Notes: generated from the letters alone by a model not told the origin. DNA of 64,000 bases from Clostridia bacterium (GCA_017468465.1 JAFUIN010000001.1:14425-78424), one strand, 5' to 3'. Shown: positions 27,367-38,095, numbered from the stretch's first letter. A program made the numbers and translations.

Positions 27367-29514
27367 ATGGCACAGAACTTAATTATTGTGGAATCCCCGG
27401 CAAAAGCCAAAACCATCGAAAAATATCTTGGTCCCGGCTATGAGGTTATTGCATCCATGGGGCATTTGAGAGATTTGCCGAAAAAAACCATGGGCGTTGA
27501 CATAGAAAAAAACTTTGAACCAAAATATCAGATTATGCCGGAACGAAAAGAACTGGTGAAAAAACTGACTCAGCTTTCCAAAACGGCTGACCGTATTTAT
27601 CTGGCGACAGACCCTGACCGCGAAGGAGAAGCAATCAGCTGGCATATTGCCAACATCCTGAAAATCGACGAAAAAGAGCCTTGCCGAGTAACCTTTAACG
27701 AAATTACCCAAAATGCGGTTACCCAGGCAATGAAAGCTCCCCGTGCCATTGATTTGGACCTGGTGGATGCACAGCAGGCACGCCGTGTATTAGATAGAAT
27801 TGTGGGGTATAAATTAAGTCCGTTTTTATGGAAAAAAATCCGTAAGGGATTATCTGCCGGCAGAGTACAATCGGTTACTGTGCGGATTATTTGCGACAGA
27901 GAGGATGAAATCAATTCCTTCAAACCGGAAGAATACTGGACCATTGATGCAGAATTTCTAACAGCGGACAAAAAGAAATTTGTTTCCAGATTATACGGCA
28001 AGAACGGCAAAAAAATGGAAATTCACGACGGCGAAACCGCCGGAGCAGTTCTGGCAGAATTAAAGGAGTCTCAAATTGCGGTAAAAAGCGTGAAGAAAAC
28101 CGTGAAAAAACGGTACGCTTATCCGCCTTACAGCACCAGTACCTTGCAGCAGGATGCTTCCAGAAAGCTCAATTTCACCTCTCGCAAAACCATGTCTGTT
28201 GCACAAACACTTTATGAAGGGGTAGAAATTGAAGGAAAAGGGCTCTTGGGGCTGATTACCTACATGAGAACCGACAGCCTGCGTGTATCTCAGGAAGCGG
28301 TATCTGCAGCAAAAGAATACACGTTACAAAACATTGGCAAAGACTATTATCCGGAAAAGCCCAATGTGTATAAGAAAAAAGGCACAACCACGCAGGATGC
28401 TCACGAAGCAATCCGCCCCACTTATATTGAGCTGGAACCGGATATGATTAAATCTTCTTTGACCAATGACCAATATAAACTTTACAAGCTGATCTGGAAT
28501 CGTTTTCTTTCTTCTCAGTTAAAGCCGGCACTGTTTGATGTGCTGACGGTAGAGGTGGAAGCAAACAGCGAAAAAAGCACTTACAATTTCCGTACCTCTG
28601 CACAGAATATGAAGTTTGACGGATGTATGAAATTCTATCTTTCTCCTGATGAAGAAGAAGACGATAAGGTGAAAATTCCCACCCTTTCTGATGGAGAAAG
28701 CCTGAGCCTTTCCAAGCTCACCGACAAACAGAATTTCACCACACCACCCAGCCGATACACAGAAGCAAGTCTCATCAAAGCGCTGGAAGAAAAAGGCATT
28801 GGCAGACCGTCTACCTATGCACCGACGATCTTTACCATTTTAAGCCGTGAGTATATTGAAAAAGAAGGCAAAACGCTGAAGCCGACCCAACTGGGAGCAT
28901 TGGTGACAGAAGTTATGAAAAAAAGCTTCCCGAGTATTGTGGATGAGCATTTTACCGCAACTATGGAAGAAGATTTGGACGGAATTGAATCGGGCAAATA
29001 CTGGAAGGATGTATTGGGCGAGTTTTATGCCGATTTTCAGAAGGGCTTGTCAGTTGCAGATGAAACTGTAGAAAAAACACCTGAAGTTTCCGATGTTTTA
29101 TGTGAAAAATGCGGTGCACAAATGATTATCAAAAGCGGACGATTCGGGAAATTTTTGGCGTGTCCTAACTATCCGGACTGTAAAACCACCAAGCCTCTGG
29201 TAAAAGAAATCGAAAACATTCCCTGTCCCAAGTGCGGCAGCAAAATTCTGGAAAGAAAATCCCGCACCGGAAAAATTTTCTACGGTTGCGAAAAATATCC
29301 GGAATGTGATTTTGCTTCCTGGGATAAGCCCACCGGAAAGGTATGCGAAAAATGCGGAAGCTATATGATTGTGAAAAAATATCAGCGCGGCGGTAAGGAA
29401 TATTGCTCCAACGAGGCTTGCGAACTGAGTGCACCCAAGCCAAAAGCAAAAAGTACAGCAAAAAAGACCACTGCGAAAAAAACAGCAACCAAGAAAAAAT
29501 CAACAAAGGAATAG
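27367..29514 (+). CDS. topA: DNA topoisomerase I
   Basis: TOPRIM LIIVESPAKAKTI, LATDPDREGEAI, catalytic-Tyr region YMRTDS, C-terminal C4 zinc ribbons and a Lys-rich tail. Confidence 0.95.
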   Translation: MAQNLIIVESPAKAKTIEKYLGPGYEVIASMGHLRDLPKKTMGVDIEKNFEPKYQIMPERKELVKKLTQLSKTADRIYLATDPDREGEAISWHIANILKIDEKEPCRVTFNEITQNAVTQAMKAPRAIDLDLVDAQQARRVLDRIVGYKLSPFLWKKIRKGLSAGRVQSVTVRIICDREDEINSFKPEEYWTIDAEFLTADKKKFVSRLYGKNGKKMEIHDGETAGAVLAELKESQIAVKSVKKTVKKRYAYPPYSTSTLQQDASRKLNFTSRKTMSVAQTLYEGVEIEGKGLLGLITYMRTDSLRVSQEAVSAAKEYTLQNIGKDYYPEKPNVYKKKGTTTQDAHEAIRPTYIELEPDMIKSSLTNDQYKLYKLIWNRFLSSQLKPALFDVLTVEVEANSEKSTYNFRTSAQNMKFDGCMKFYLSPDEEEDDKVKIPTLSDGESLSLSKLTDKQNFTTPPSRYTEASLIKALEEKGIGRPSTYAPTIFTILSREYIEKEGKTLKPTQLGALVTEVMKKSFPSIVDEHFTATMEEDLDGIESGKYWKDVLGEFYADFQKGLSVADETVEKTPEVSDVLCEKCGAQMIIKSGRFGKFLACPNYPDCKTTKPLVKEIENIPCPKCGSKILERKSRTGKIFYGCEKYPECDFASWDKPTGKVCEKCGSYMIVKKYQRGGKEYCSNEACELSAPKPKAKSTAKKTTAKKTATKKKSTKE

Positions 29515-29517
29515 AGT

Positions 29518-30849
29518 ATGAATCAAACCATTCACATTGTGGGGGGAGGCTTGGCAGGGGCAGAAGCTGCATATGCCGCAGCCCGTCTGGGCGGTCAGGT
29601 AAAGCTTTATGAAATGAAGCCGAAGAAAAAGTCTCCTGCACATAAAAGCGATGATTTGGCAGAGCTTGTCTGTTCCAATTCCTTAAAAGGAAACCGAATT
29701 TCCAATGCCTGTGGACTTTTGAAAGAAGAGCTTCGTTATTTAGGCTCTCTTTGTATGGAAAGTGCAGAGCTTTCCAAGGTGCCTGCCGGAGATGCGTTGG
29801 CGGTGGATCGGGACAAGTTTTCTCGCTATATTACCCAAATTATTCAAAAACATCCCAATATTGAAATTATTTCGGAAGAAGTAACGAAAATTCCGGATGG
29901 AATTTGCATTTTAGCAACCGGGCCGTTGACCTCCGAACCCCTTGCAAAAGAAATTGCCAGCCTTTTGGGAGAAGAAAGTCTGTATTTTTTTGATGCAGCA
30001 GCTCCCGTTGTGGCGAAAGACAGCATTGATATGTCGGTGTGCTATAAAATGGCGCGCTACGGTAAAGGCACGGCAGATTACATCAACTGCCCCTTCACAA
30101 AGGAGCAATATGACGCTTTTTACGAGGAGTTAGTTCATGCGAAGTTAGCGCCGCTTCATCTGGAAGAAGAACAAAAAATCAAAGTGTTTGAAGGCTGTAT
30201 GCCGGTGGAGGTTATGGCAAAGCGAGGCGAAAAAACCTTGCTGTTTGGTCCTATGAAACCGGTTGGCTTGCCGGACCCGGTGAGCGGAAAAGAGTATCAC
30301 GCTGTGGTTCAGCTCCGGCAGGAAAACACCGAAGACACCATGTATAATTTGGTGGGCTTTCAGACCAATCTGACCTTTGGAGAACAAAAGAGAGTGTTTT
30401 CAATGATTCCGGGACTTCAAAATGCAGAGTTTCTCCGCTATGGCGTGATGCACCGGAATACTTACATCAATGCACCCAAACACCTGTTACCCACCAATCA
30501 GCTGAAAATCAGACCAAATCTGTTTTTCGCAGGGCAAATGACAGGGGTAGAAGGCTATGTGGAGTCCATGGCGTCCGGTTTTTTAGCGGGAGTGAATGCC
30601 TATCTTTATGCAAATGACAAGGAATTGCTCACCTTCCCGAAAGAAACAGCATTGGGAGCATTACTCCATTATATTACAGATGAAACCATTGAAAATTTTC
30701 AACCGATGAATATGAATTTCGGCATTTTGCCGAAACTTGAGGAACGAATCAAGTCCAAGCAGGAACGGTATGAAAAAATTGCCGGCATTGCTTTGGATAA
30801 GATGAAGCAGTTTATCAGGGAAAACCAGATTTTAAGAGGGGAACCGTAA
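29518..30849 (+). CDS. trmFO: Methylenetetrahydrofolate--tRNA-(uracil-5)-methyltransferase
   Basis: IHIVGGGLAGAEAA FAD motif and LVCSNSLK. Located downstream of topA. Confidence 0.95.
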   Translation: MNQTIHIVGGGLAGAEAAYAAARLGGQVKLYEMKPKKKSPAHKSDDLAELVCSNSLKGNRISNACGLLKEELRYLGSLCMESAELSKVPAGDALAVDRDKFSRYITQIIQKHPNIEIISEEVTKIPDGICILATGPLTSEPLAKEIASLLGEESLYFFDAAAPVVAKDSIDMSVCYKMARYGKGTADYINCPFTKEQYDAFYEELVHAKLAPLHLEEEQKIKVFEGCMPVEVMAKRGEKTLLFGPMKPVGLPDPVSGKEYHAVVQLRQENTEDTMYNLVGFQTNLTFGEQKRVFSMIPGLQNAEFLRYGVMHRNTYINAPKHLLPTNQLKIRPNLFFAGQMTGVEGYVESMASGFLAGVNAYLYANDKELLTFPKETALGALLHYITDETIENFQPMNMNFGILPKLEERIKSKQERYEKIAGIALDKMKQFIRENQILRGEP

Positions 30850-32691
30850 ATGGCACAAACAAAGAATTTAGAGTCCAAACTGGACGAGATTTTATGCGAG
30901 GTGGAGCGTCCTGCCCGTTATGCAGGAGGAGAATATAACAGTGTGGTAAAAGATTGGGATAAAACCGATCTTCACTTTGTGTTTTGTTTTCCCGACTTGT
31001 ATGAAATCGGGATGTCTCATCTGGGCATCAAAATTTTATATGAAATCTTAAACCGTCGTGACGATATCTGGGCAGAGCGGGTGTTTATGGTAGGTCAGGA
31101 TATGGAAGACAAAATGAAAGAACACCACATTCCGCTGTATTCTTTAGAAAGCAAAATGCCCTTAAAAGCACATGATGTCATTGGCTTCACTCTCCAGTAT
31201 GAGCTGTCTTATTCTTCCATTTTGTCAATGCTTGCTTTGGCAGAAATTCCGCTTCTTTCCAAAGAAAGAGACGAGACATATCCTCTGGTATGTGCCGGTG
31301 GCCCTTGTGCATTCAATCCTGAACCGCTGGCAGATTTTATCGACTTTTTTATGATTGGCGAAGGGGAAGATGTGATTGTCAGCGTGTCTGACATTATTCT
31401 GGAAGGTAAGAAAAACGGTTGGGCAAAACAAGAAATTTTAGAAAAACTGGCAGCATTGCAGGGTGTTTATGTTCCCTCTTTGGTAGCGGTGGAATATCAT
31501 CCTGACGGCACGGTGAAATCCATTTCCAAAACAGTAGAAAAAACGGTGATTACAGACCTTTCCAACGCAATATATCCCACCAAATTAGTGGTTCCCTTTG
31601 CAGAAGCGGTTCACGACCGTATTACCTTAGAGGTTATGCGTGGCTGTATGAGAGGCTGTCGATTCTGTCAGGCAGGGTATATTTACCGTCCCAAACGGGA
31701 AAAAGATTTTGAAAAGCTGTCTGAAATTGCCAAGCTTTCTTTCTGCAGTACCGGATATGAGGAAATTTCGCTTTCTTCGTTAAGCACCAGCGATTACTTA
31801 CAGTTAAAGGATTTGAAAACCAGGCTCAACAGCTTTACCAAAGAAAATATGATCAATCTGGCATTGCCGTCTCTTCGGATTGACAATTTTCACGAAGAGG
31901 CGTTGGAAAGCTTGTCCGAAGTGCGAAAAAGCTCTCTGACCTTTGCGCCAGAGGCAGGCACCCAGCGGATGCGGGATATTATCAACAAAAATATTTCCGA
32001 AGAAACCATCTTAAACACCATGAAGTTTGCTTATGAAAACGGCTGGTCTACCGTGAAGCTTTATTTTATGATTGGCTTGCCCTTTGAAACCGATGAGGAT
32101 GTTTTGGGCATCTGTGAACTGGTGAAAAAGATTGAGGCAATTTATTACAGCGTGCCCAAAGAACAAAGAGGGAAGCGGTTTGGCATTACTGTTTCGGTTT
32201 CTACCTTTGTGCCAAAGCCGCATACGCCGTTCCAGTGGGCACCGCAGGATTCTTTTGATACCATTTTAAGAAAGCAAAATCTATTAAAAGAAAATTTACG
32301 CTCCAAGCATATTCGCTTAAACTGGCACGATGCGGAAACTTCTGTTTTGGAAGGCGCATTTTCCAGAGGAGACAGACGGCTTGGAAAGGTGCTTTTAGAA
32401 GCTCATCAATTGGGCTGCAAGTTGGACGGCTGGAACGAATATTTCTCCTTTGAAAAATGGCAGGAAGCATTCAAAAATGCCGGTGTAGATATGACATTTT
32501 ACAATGAGAGAGAGCGTTCTATAGACGAGGTTCTCCCCTGGGAAGTAACCTCTTGCGGTGTGACCAAGGAATTTTTCAAACGGGAATTAGCCTTGGCGAA
32601 AGAAGCACTGACCACGCCAAACTGTAAAGATAAATGTGCCGGCTGCGGTGCAAACCGCTATCAGTGTGACAGCGTTTGTCACAACCGGTAA
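30850..32691 (+). CDS. Radical SAM protein with N-terminal B12-binding-like domain (uncharacterised large family)
   Basis: EVMRGCMRGCRFCQAGY contains the CxxxCxxC cluster motif. The protein is 613 aa with a C-terminal Cys-rich tail, CKDKCAGCGANRYQCDSVC. Confidence 0.85.
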   Translation: MAQTKNLESKLDEILCEVERPARYAGGEYNSVVKDWDKTDLHFVFCFPDLYEIGMSHLGIKILYEILNRRDDIWAERVFMVGQDMEDKMKEHHIPLYSLESKMPLKAHDVIGFTLQYELSYSSILSMLALAEIPLLSKERDETYPLVCAGGPCAFNPEPLADFIDFFMIGEGEDVIVSVSDIILEGKKNGWAKQEILEKLAALQGVYVPSLVAVEYHPDGTVKSISKTVEKTVITDLSNAIYPTKLVVPFAEAVHDRITLEVMRGCMRGCRFCQAGYIYRPKREKDFEKLSEIAKLSFCSTGYEEISLSSLSTSDYLQLKDLKTRLNSFTKENMINLALPSLRIDNFHEEALESLSEVRKSSLTFAPEAGTQRMRDIINKNISEETILNTMKFAYENGWSTVKLYFMIGLPFETDEDVLGICELVKKIEAIYYSVPKEQRGKRFGITVSVSTFVPKPHTPFQWAPQDSFDTILRKQNLLKENLRSKHIRLNWHDAETSVLEGAFSRGDRRLGKVLLEAHQLGCKLDGWNEYFSFEKWQEAFKNAGVDMTFYNERERSIDEVLPWEVTSCGVTKEFFKRELALAKEALTTPNCKDKCAGCGANRYQCDSVCHNR

Positions 32692-32713
32692 CCCCATTCT
32701 TTTTGGGAAAGGA

Positions 32714-33820
32714 ATGAGCGAATTGAAAAGATTGGTTATTGAAACCGACAAATTAAGAGAAAATGTTCAAAACCTCAAAGAATATTGTAAAGATACCACT
32801 ATAATTGGGGTGGTAAAGGGCGATGGATACGGCTTGTCACTGGTTCCTTATGCAACCTTTTTGTCAGAGCAGGGGATTACACACTTTGCTGTTTCGGAGG
32901 CGTCTGAAGCATTGGCATTGAAAGAATGTGAACAGTTTTATCAAGCCGTTGTTTTGTTGATGACACCCCAGAATGATGAAAAAACGGTGGAACAACTGCT
33001 GAAAAAAGGGGTTACCCTGACAGTTGGAGCTTTGCCACATCTGGAGCTCATTGAAAAAATTGCAGAAACCAAAGAGCTTGTTGCCAATGTGCATCTGAAG
33101 GTGGATACCGGCTTTGGAAGATTTGGCTTTTCCTATCGGAATGAAAAAGAAATTGTAACAGCTTTTTCAAAGCACGGAAAAACCGTGAATATTACCGGGG
33201 TATTTACGCATTATTCCTGCTCTTTTGAACCCAAATATAAAATTACCAAACAGCAGGATGAGCGTTTCGACAGCGTGCTTGAAATCTTAACAAAACAAAA
33301 CGCTTCGCTGATGGAAAACCTTTTGATTCACAGCGCCAATTCCTGTGGTGCACTTTTGTATCCCAATAAGAATCGCAATGCGGTTCGTATCGGGTCTGCA
33401 TTTTTGGGACGTCTTCCCATGAAAGCACCGGTGAAGCTTCATCGCATTGCTTATCTGGAAACCAAGGTGTTGGATGTAAATGAAGTGCGTAAAGGGGATA
33501 ACATTGCATACGGCAATGTTTATCTTGCCAAGGAAGATATGAAAACCGCGGTCATCGGCATTGGCTATAAAGACGGTTTTTTTACCACCAAGCAGAATGA
33601 TGCTTACCGTTTGATTGATATTTTGCGATATCTGTATGCCGATTTCAGAAGCCTTGGTAAGAAAACATTTCTCTACCAAGGAAAATATGAAATTTTGGGA
33701 CGGGTCGGGATGTATTGTGCCATTGTAAAAAATGACGGAAGCTTGTCACCAAATGATATTGTAAAGGTAGATTGTAATCCTTTATTGATAGATTTCTCCA
33801 TCCGTCGGGAATACCGATAA
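32714..33820 (+). CDS. Alanine racemase-fold (fold-type III PLP) protein, divergent
   Basis: IGVVKGDGYGLS (PLP-Lys region), HLKVDTGFGRFG, and AVIGIGYKDGF...GRVGMY. ATG 32714 follows GGGAAAGGA. The track start at 32636 overlaps the radical SAM gene. Confidence 0.7.
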   Translation: MSELKRLVIETDKLRENVQNLKEYCKDTTIIGVVKGDGYGLSLVPYATFLSEQGITHFAVSEASEALALKECEQFYQAVVLLMTPQNDEKTVEQLLKKGVTLTVGALPHLELIEKIAETKELVANVHLKVDTGFGRFGFSYRNEKEIVTAFSKHGKTVNITGVFTHYSCSFEPKYKITKQQDERFDSVLEILTKQNASLMENLLIHSANSCGALLYPNKNRNAVRIGSAFLGRLPMKAPVKLHRIAYLETKVLDVNEVRKGDNIAYGNVYLAKEDMKTAVIGIGYKDGFFTTKQNDAYRLIDILRYLYADFRSLGKKTFLYQGKYEILGRVGMYCAIVKNDGSLSPNDIVKVDCNPLLIDFSIRREYR

Positions 33821-33847
33821 TATTACATAGAAAGCGAGGACACGGCT

Positions 33848-35122
33848 ATGGAAATTGTCAGCTATATTCTGTTGGCACTTTCGGTTGTGATTGTGGTGCT
33901 TTTGATTCTTGTTTTAACCACCAAAAATAACCAGAACGATTTTTCCAATTTACGAATGGAACTGACCAATCAACTGAAAAACATGTCAGACATGCTTTCG
34001 GAAACTCAAAAACAAACTGCACATCAGCAGGATGTAAGAATCGGCGATTTGAATACCCGTTTTGAATCCTTTCAGAAGGAGGTTTCCGAACGGTTAAAAT
34101 CTTCGGAAGAACGGCTCAATCAGTTTTCCTTGAACAACGAAAAAAAACTGGAGCAAATTCGGGAAACAGTGGAAGGAAAGCTGACCCGAATGCAAGAAGA
34201 TAACAATAAAAAACTGGAAAAAATGCGGGAAACTGTGGATGAAAAGCTGCAAAAAACACTGGAAGACAGAATTGGAAAGTCCTTTCAGTTGGTATCACAG
34301 CGACTGGAAGAGGTTTATAAAGGTCTTGGGGAAATGAAAACCCTTGCTTCCGGTGTGGGCGATTTGAAAAAAGTGCTTTCCAATGTGAAAACCCGCGGAA
34401 TTTTAGGCGAAATTCAGCTGGGCTCTATTTTGGAACAGATGTTTTCGCCCGACCAGTATGAGCAGAATGTTGCAGTGAAAAAAGGCAGCTCCAATGTGGT
34501 GGAGTTTGCCATTCGTTTGCCCGGCGACGGAAAAGAACCGTTGTATTTACCCATTGATGCCAAATTTCCCGTGGATGCTTATGCGCAGCTTACCGATGCT
34601 TATGATACCGGTGATATCACACAGATTGAAGCGGCAAAAACTGCGTTGGACCGTCGCATCAAACAGTTTGCCAAAGACATCAGTGAAAAATATATTTCAC
34701 CGCCGGAAACCACCGATTTTGCCATTATGTTTTTACCGGTGGAAGGCTTATATGCCGAAGTGGTTCGTCACGGAATGGTGGAGGTGCTGCAACGGGAATA
34801 TAAAATCAATCTGGCAGGTCCAACCACCATTTGCGCTTTTTTACAGAGTTTGCAAATGGGCTTCAAAACCCTGGCAATTCAAAAGCGTTCCAGCGAAGTG
34901 TGGAATGTTTTGGGTGCTGTAAAAACCGAATTTGAGAAATTCTCCGATGTCATTCAATCTGCACAGCAGCGGTTGGATCAGGCGCATGGCGAGCTGGAAA
35001 AGCTGGTAGGGGTCAGAACCCGTGCCATCCGCAGGAAGTTAAACAGCGTTTCTTCACTGTCCGAGGAAGAAACCAGAAAGCTTTTGCCCGATGTGTCGGA
35101 ATCGGACGAAGTGGTTGAGTAG
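33848..35122 (+). CDS. rmuC: DNA recombination protein RmuC
   Basis: N-terminal TM, a long coiled coil, then the RmuC nuclease-like core (RGILGEIQLGSILE, FAIMFLPVEGLY). Confidence 0.9.
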   Translation: MEIVSYILLALSVVIVVLLILVLTTKNNQNDFSNLRMELTNQLKNMSDMLSETQKQTAHQQDVRIGDLNTRFESFQKEVSERLKSSEERLNQFSLNNEKKLEQIRETVEGKLTRMQEDNNKKLEKMRETVDEKLQKTLEDRIGKSFQLVSQRLEEVYKGLGEMKTLASGVGDLKKVLSNVKTRGILGEIQLGSILEQMFSPDQYEQNVAVKKGSSNVVEFAIRLPGDGKEPLYLPIDAKFPVDAYAQLTDAYDTGDITQIEAAKTALDRRIKQFAKDISEKYISPPETTDFAIMFLPVEGLYAEVVRHGMVEVLQREYKINLAGPTTICAFLQSLQMGFKTLAIQKRSSEVWNVLGAVKTEFEKFSDVIQSAQQRLDQAHGELEKLVGVRTRAIRRKLNSVSSLSEEETRKLLPDVSESDEVVE

Positions 35123-35146
35123 TGTAAGAGAAAGAAGGCAGTTTTT

Positions 35147-36595
35147 ATGAAGTTTAATTCCAATATCAATTTATCCATGCTGACCGATTTTTACGAGTTT
35201 ACCATGTCAAACGGCTATTTCAAAAATGGAATGAAAGATACCATTGTGGCATTTGATTTGTTTTTTCGGAAAATTCCAAACGATGGTGGCTATGCCATTA
35301 TGGCAGGCTTGGAGCAACTGATTGAATATATCAAAAACCTGCATTTTTCCAAGGAGGATGTGGCTTATCTTCGGAACAAAGGAATCTTTTGCGAAGAATT
35401 TTTAGAATATCTGGAAAACTTCCGGTTTTCTTCTTCTGTATGGGCAATTCCGGAGGGAACACCGATTTTCCCCATGGAGCCGGTTGTCAGCGTAAAAGGA
35501 CCGGTCATTGAAGCGCAGCTGATGGAAACCATGCTTCTTTTAACAGTGAACCATCAGTCCCTCATTGCGACCAAGGCAAACCGCATTGTGCAGGCAGCTG
35601 AGGGCAGAGCGGTGATGGAATTTGGTTCTCGTCGTGCACAAGGCTACGACGGTGCAATTTACGGTGCAAGAGCCGCTTACATTGGCGGATGTGCCGGAAC
35701 AGCCTGCACCGTTACAGACCAGTTGTTTGATATTCCCGCTCTGGGAACGATGGCACACAGCTGGGTGCAGATGTTTGATTCCGAATTGGAAGCGTTTTTA
35801 ACTTATGCGAAAAACTATCCGGAAGATTGTACCCTTTTGGTAGATACCTATAATGTGCTAAAGTCGGGCATTCCCAATGCCATTAAAGCCTTTGATCAGG
35901 AAGTTGTTCCCAGAGGGTTCCGCCCCAAAGGGATCCGCATTGACAGCGGAGATATTACCTATCTTTCAAAAAAAGCCAGAAAAATGTTGGATGATGCCGG
36001 CTATCCTGGTGTAAAAATTGTGGCATCTAATTCGCTGGATGAATACATTATTCGCGATATGCTCAACCAAGGAGCCAAGGTGGATACATTCGGGGTTGGG
36101 GAACGGCTGATTACCTCAAAATCTGAGCCGGTATTTGGCGGCGTTTATAAATTGGTTTCGGTATTTCAGGGCGAAAAAGAAATCCCAAAAATCAAGCTTT
36201 CGGAAAATGTGTCTAAAATCACTATTCCCGGTTTTAAGAGCTTGTATCGTTTATATTCCAATGAAACAGGGAAAGCCATTGCCGATGTGATTACATTGCA
36301 CGATGAAAGCTTTGACGGTGTCACCGAATATGAGCTGTTTGACCCGCAGTTTACCTGGAAACGAAAAAAAGTGACCAATTTTACAGCAAGAAAGCTGTTG
36401 GTTCCGATTTTTGAAAATGGGAAACAGGTGTATACTTCTCCCACCTTGAAAGAACTCAAGGATTATTGCAAACAGGAGGTAGATACCCTGTGGGATGAGG
36501 TGAGACGTTTCGAGAATCCGCACACTTATTATGTAGATTTGTCCCAGAATCTTTGGGAAATTCGTGATAAAATGTTACAGGAGCACAACTCATAA
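35147..36595 (+). CDS. pncB: Nicotinate phosphoribosyltransferase
   Basis: LTDFYEFTMSNGYF, EFGSRRAQG, GTMAHSWVQ and IRIDSGD motifs. Confidence 0.9.
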   Translation: MKFNSNINLSMLTDFYEFTMSNGYFKNGMKDTIVAFDLFFRKIPNDGGYAIMAGLEQLIEYIKNLHFSKEDVAYLRNKGIFCEEFLEYLENFRFSSSVWAIPEGTPIFPMEPVVSVKGPVIEAQLMETMLLLTVNHQSLIATKANRIVQAAEGRAVMEFGSRRAQGYDGAIYGARAAYIGGCAGTACTVTDQLFDIPALGTMAHSWVQMFDSELEAFLTYAKNYPEDCTLLVDTYNVLKSGIPNAIKAFDQEVVPRGFRPKGIRIDSGDITYLSKKARKMLDDAGYPGVKIVASNSLDEYIIRDMLNQGAKVDTFGVGERLITSKSEPVFGGVYKLVSVFQGEKEIPKIKLSENVSKITIPGFKSLYRLYSNETGKAIADVITLHDESFDGVTEYELFDPQFTWKRKKVTNFTARKLLVPIFENGKQVYTSPTLKELKDYCKQEVDTLWDEVRRFENPHTYYVDLSQNLWEIRDKMLQEHNS

Positions 36596-36669
36596 TTTTT
36601 ATGTCTTTTGCATATTGATAGCAGTAAATCGGAAAAATTTGCTTAAGTTTTTCTTTTTCACCCGGGGAA

Positions 36670-36699
36670 TTGACAAAATATGTGAAAATATGCTATACT
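36670..36699 (+). promoter_or_regulatory. Candidate sigma-A promoter of mgtC-like gene
   Basis: TTGACA (36670-36675), 18 nt, TATACT (36694-36699). Confidence 0.5.
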
Positions 36700-36727
36700 A
36701 TTTGTTAATGATGAGAGGAGGGAAAAG

Positions 36728-37369
36728 ATGGAACTGTATTTGACGTACATTCTTCGTCTGGTAGTTGCCAGCGTGTGCGGTGTTATTATTGGATTTGAGC
36801 GTACAAACCGTGCAAAGGAAGCAGGTTTACGGACCCATTGTATTGTTGCTTGTGCATCCTGCCTCATGATGTTAGTTTCTATTTACGGCTTTATGAATAT
36901 TCCCAATATTACCAACCGCGACCCTGCCAGAATTGCAGCGCAAATTGTCAGTGGAATCGGTTTCTTGGGTGCCGGTATGGTGTTTGTAAAGCATCAGATG
37001 ATCAGCGGCCTTACCACAGCTGCAGGTATCTGGGCAACTGCCGGAATCGGCATGGCGATTGGTTGTGGCATGTATGTGGTGGGAGTTTCCGGCACATTGC
37101 TGATTCTTCTGGCACAAACAATTCTGCACTTCAGAGGCAGATTCACCGCAAAGCCGAAGAGTAAGATTATGACCGTAAAAAATATTGAAAATGCGGACAT
37201 TATCAAAGAGAAATTTGCGGAGAACAAGATCACCGTTTACGATACCAATATCGTGAAGAAAAACGGGATGTTTACCTATGTGTTCTACATAGAAATTCCT
37301 TGCGATTTGAACGAAGAAGAATTTCTTCGCGGAATCCCGTATGACTGTGCATTAAAAAGTGAACTTTAA
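36728..37369 (+). CDS. mgtC: MgtC/SapB family membrane protein
   Basis: GFERTNRAKEAGLRTH and VSGIGFLGAGMVF motifs, with a C-terminal ACT-like soluble domain. Confidence 0.85.
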   Translation: MELYLTYILRLVVASVCGVIIGFERTNRAKEAGLRTHCIVACASCLMMLVSIYGFMNIPNITNRDPARIAAQIVSGIGFLGAGMVFVKHQMISGLTTAAGIWATAGIGMAIGCGMYVVGVSGTLLILLAQTILHFRGRFTAKPKSKIMTVKNIENADIIKEKFAENKITVYDTNIVKKNGMFTYVFYIEIPCDLNEEEFLRGIPYDCALKSEL

Positions 37370-37395
37370 TTGAAATACAGTAACTGCACGAAACC

Positions 37396-37444
37396 GACCC
37401 CTAAAAGTTAGAGTGAAAATCTAACACTTAGGGGTCTTTTTTTT
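37396..37444 (+). terminator. Intrinsic terminator after mgtC
   Basis: GACCCCTAA...TTAGGGGTC stem followed by 8 T. Confidence 0.8.
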
Positions 37445-37534
37445 GTGGCAGAATATCGTTTTGAAATGTTTTGTTATTCTTAAAAAACGAAGAAACAAAA
37501 GATTTTGGTACCAATGTTTTGTTGCTTGACCACA

Positions 37535-37577
37535 TAAAAAAGAGCTGTGACAAAATGAATGTCATTTTGCCACAGCC
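37535..37577 (-). terminator. Intrinsic terminator of the argD-argF-GNAT operon
   Basis: On the minus strand: GGCTGTGGCAAAATGA...TCATTTTGTCACAGCTC followed by TTTTTT. Confidence 0.8.
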
Positions 37578-37600
37578 TACTGAAAAGTTTGAGCTTTTTG

Positions 37601-38095
37601 CTATACTTTTTTATATTCTTTTACCATCAGCGCACGTTTGTAGCCACGGTCTTCGGAAATGGAGTCGATGTAGAACTTTCTGCCATAGTAGAAACGAACC
37701 AAATCAAAATATTTTGCGGCGGTGTGAAGCTCCAGCCGGCTGACACCTTTTTCCATCATTACAGTATCCACAACGCTCATTAAGCTTTTGCCAACCCCAT
37801 GATTCTGAAATTCGGGGCTGACACCAAACCGGCTTAAATATGCAGTGCCGTCGGGCTTCACTTTAATACGGACACTTCCGGCAGGCACTTCATTGATAAA
37901 TGCCACAAACACCAGTTTGCTATCTAAGTCTCTTAAAATATCTTCGTAGGTTTCGTTCAAGGCTTCGGTATCTTCTAACCCTGCATTTTTAATGTACTTC
38001 TGAAACGAAATTTTGGTGATTGCCTGAATTTCTGGAATTTCCGCTTCGGTTGCAAGACGAATATGAAAGCCGTAAAAATCTTTTTCTTTTGCCAT
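37601..38095 (-). CDS. GNAT family N-acetyltransferase (last gene of the arg operon)
   Basis: FGVSPEFQNHGVGKSLM is a GNAT motif A. 164 aa, located 22 nt downstream of argF. Confidence 0.8.
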   Translation of the reverse strand: MAKEKDFYGFHIRLATEAEIPEIQAITKISFQKYIKNAGLEDTEALNETYEDILRDLDSKLVFVAFINEVPAGSVRIKVKPDGTAYLSRFGVSPEFQNHGVGKSLMSVVDTVMMEKGVSRLELHTAAKYFDLVRFYYGRKFYIDSISEDRGYKRALMVKEYKKV

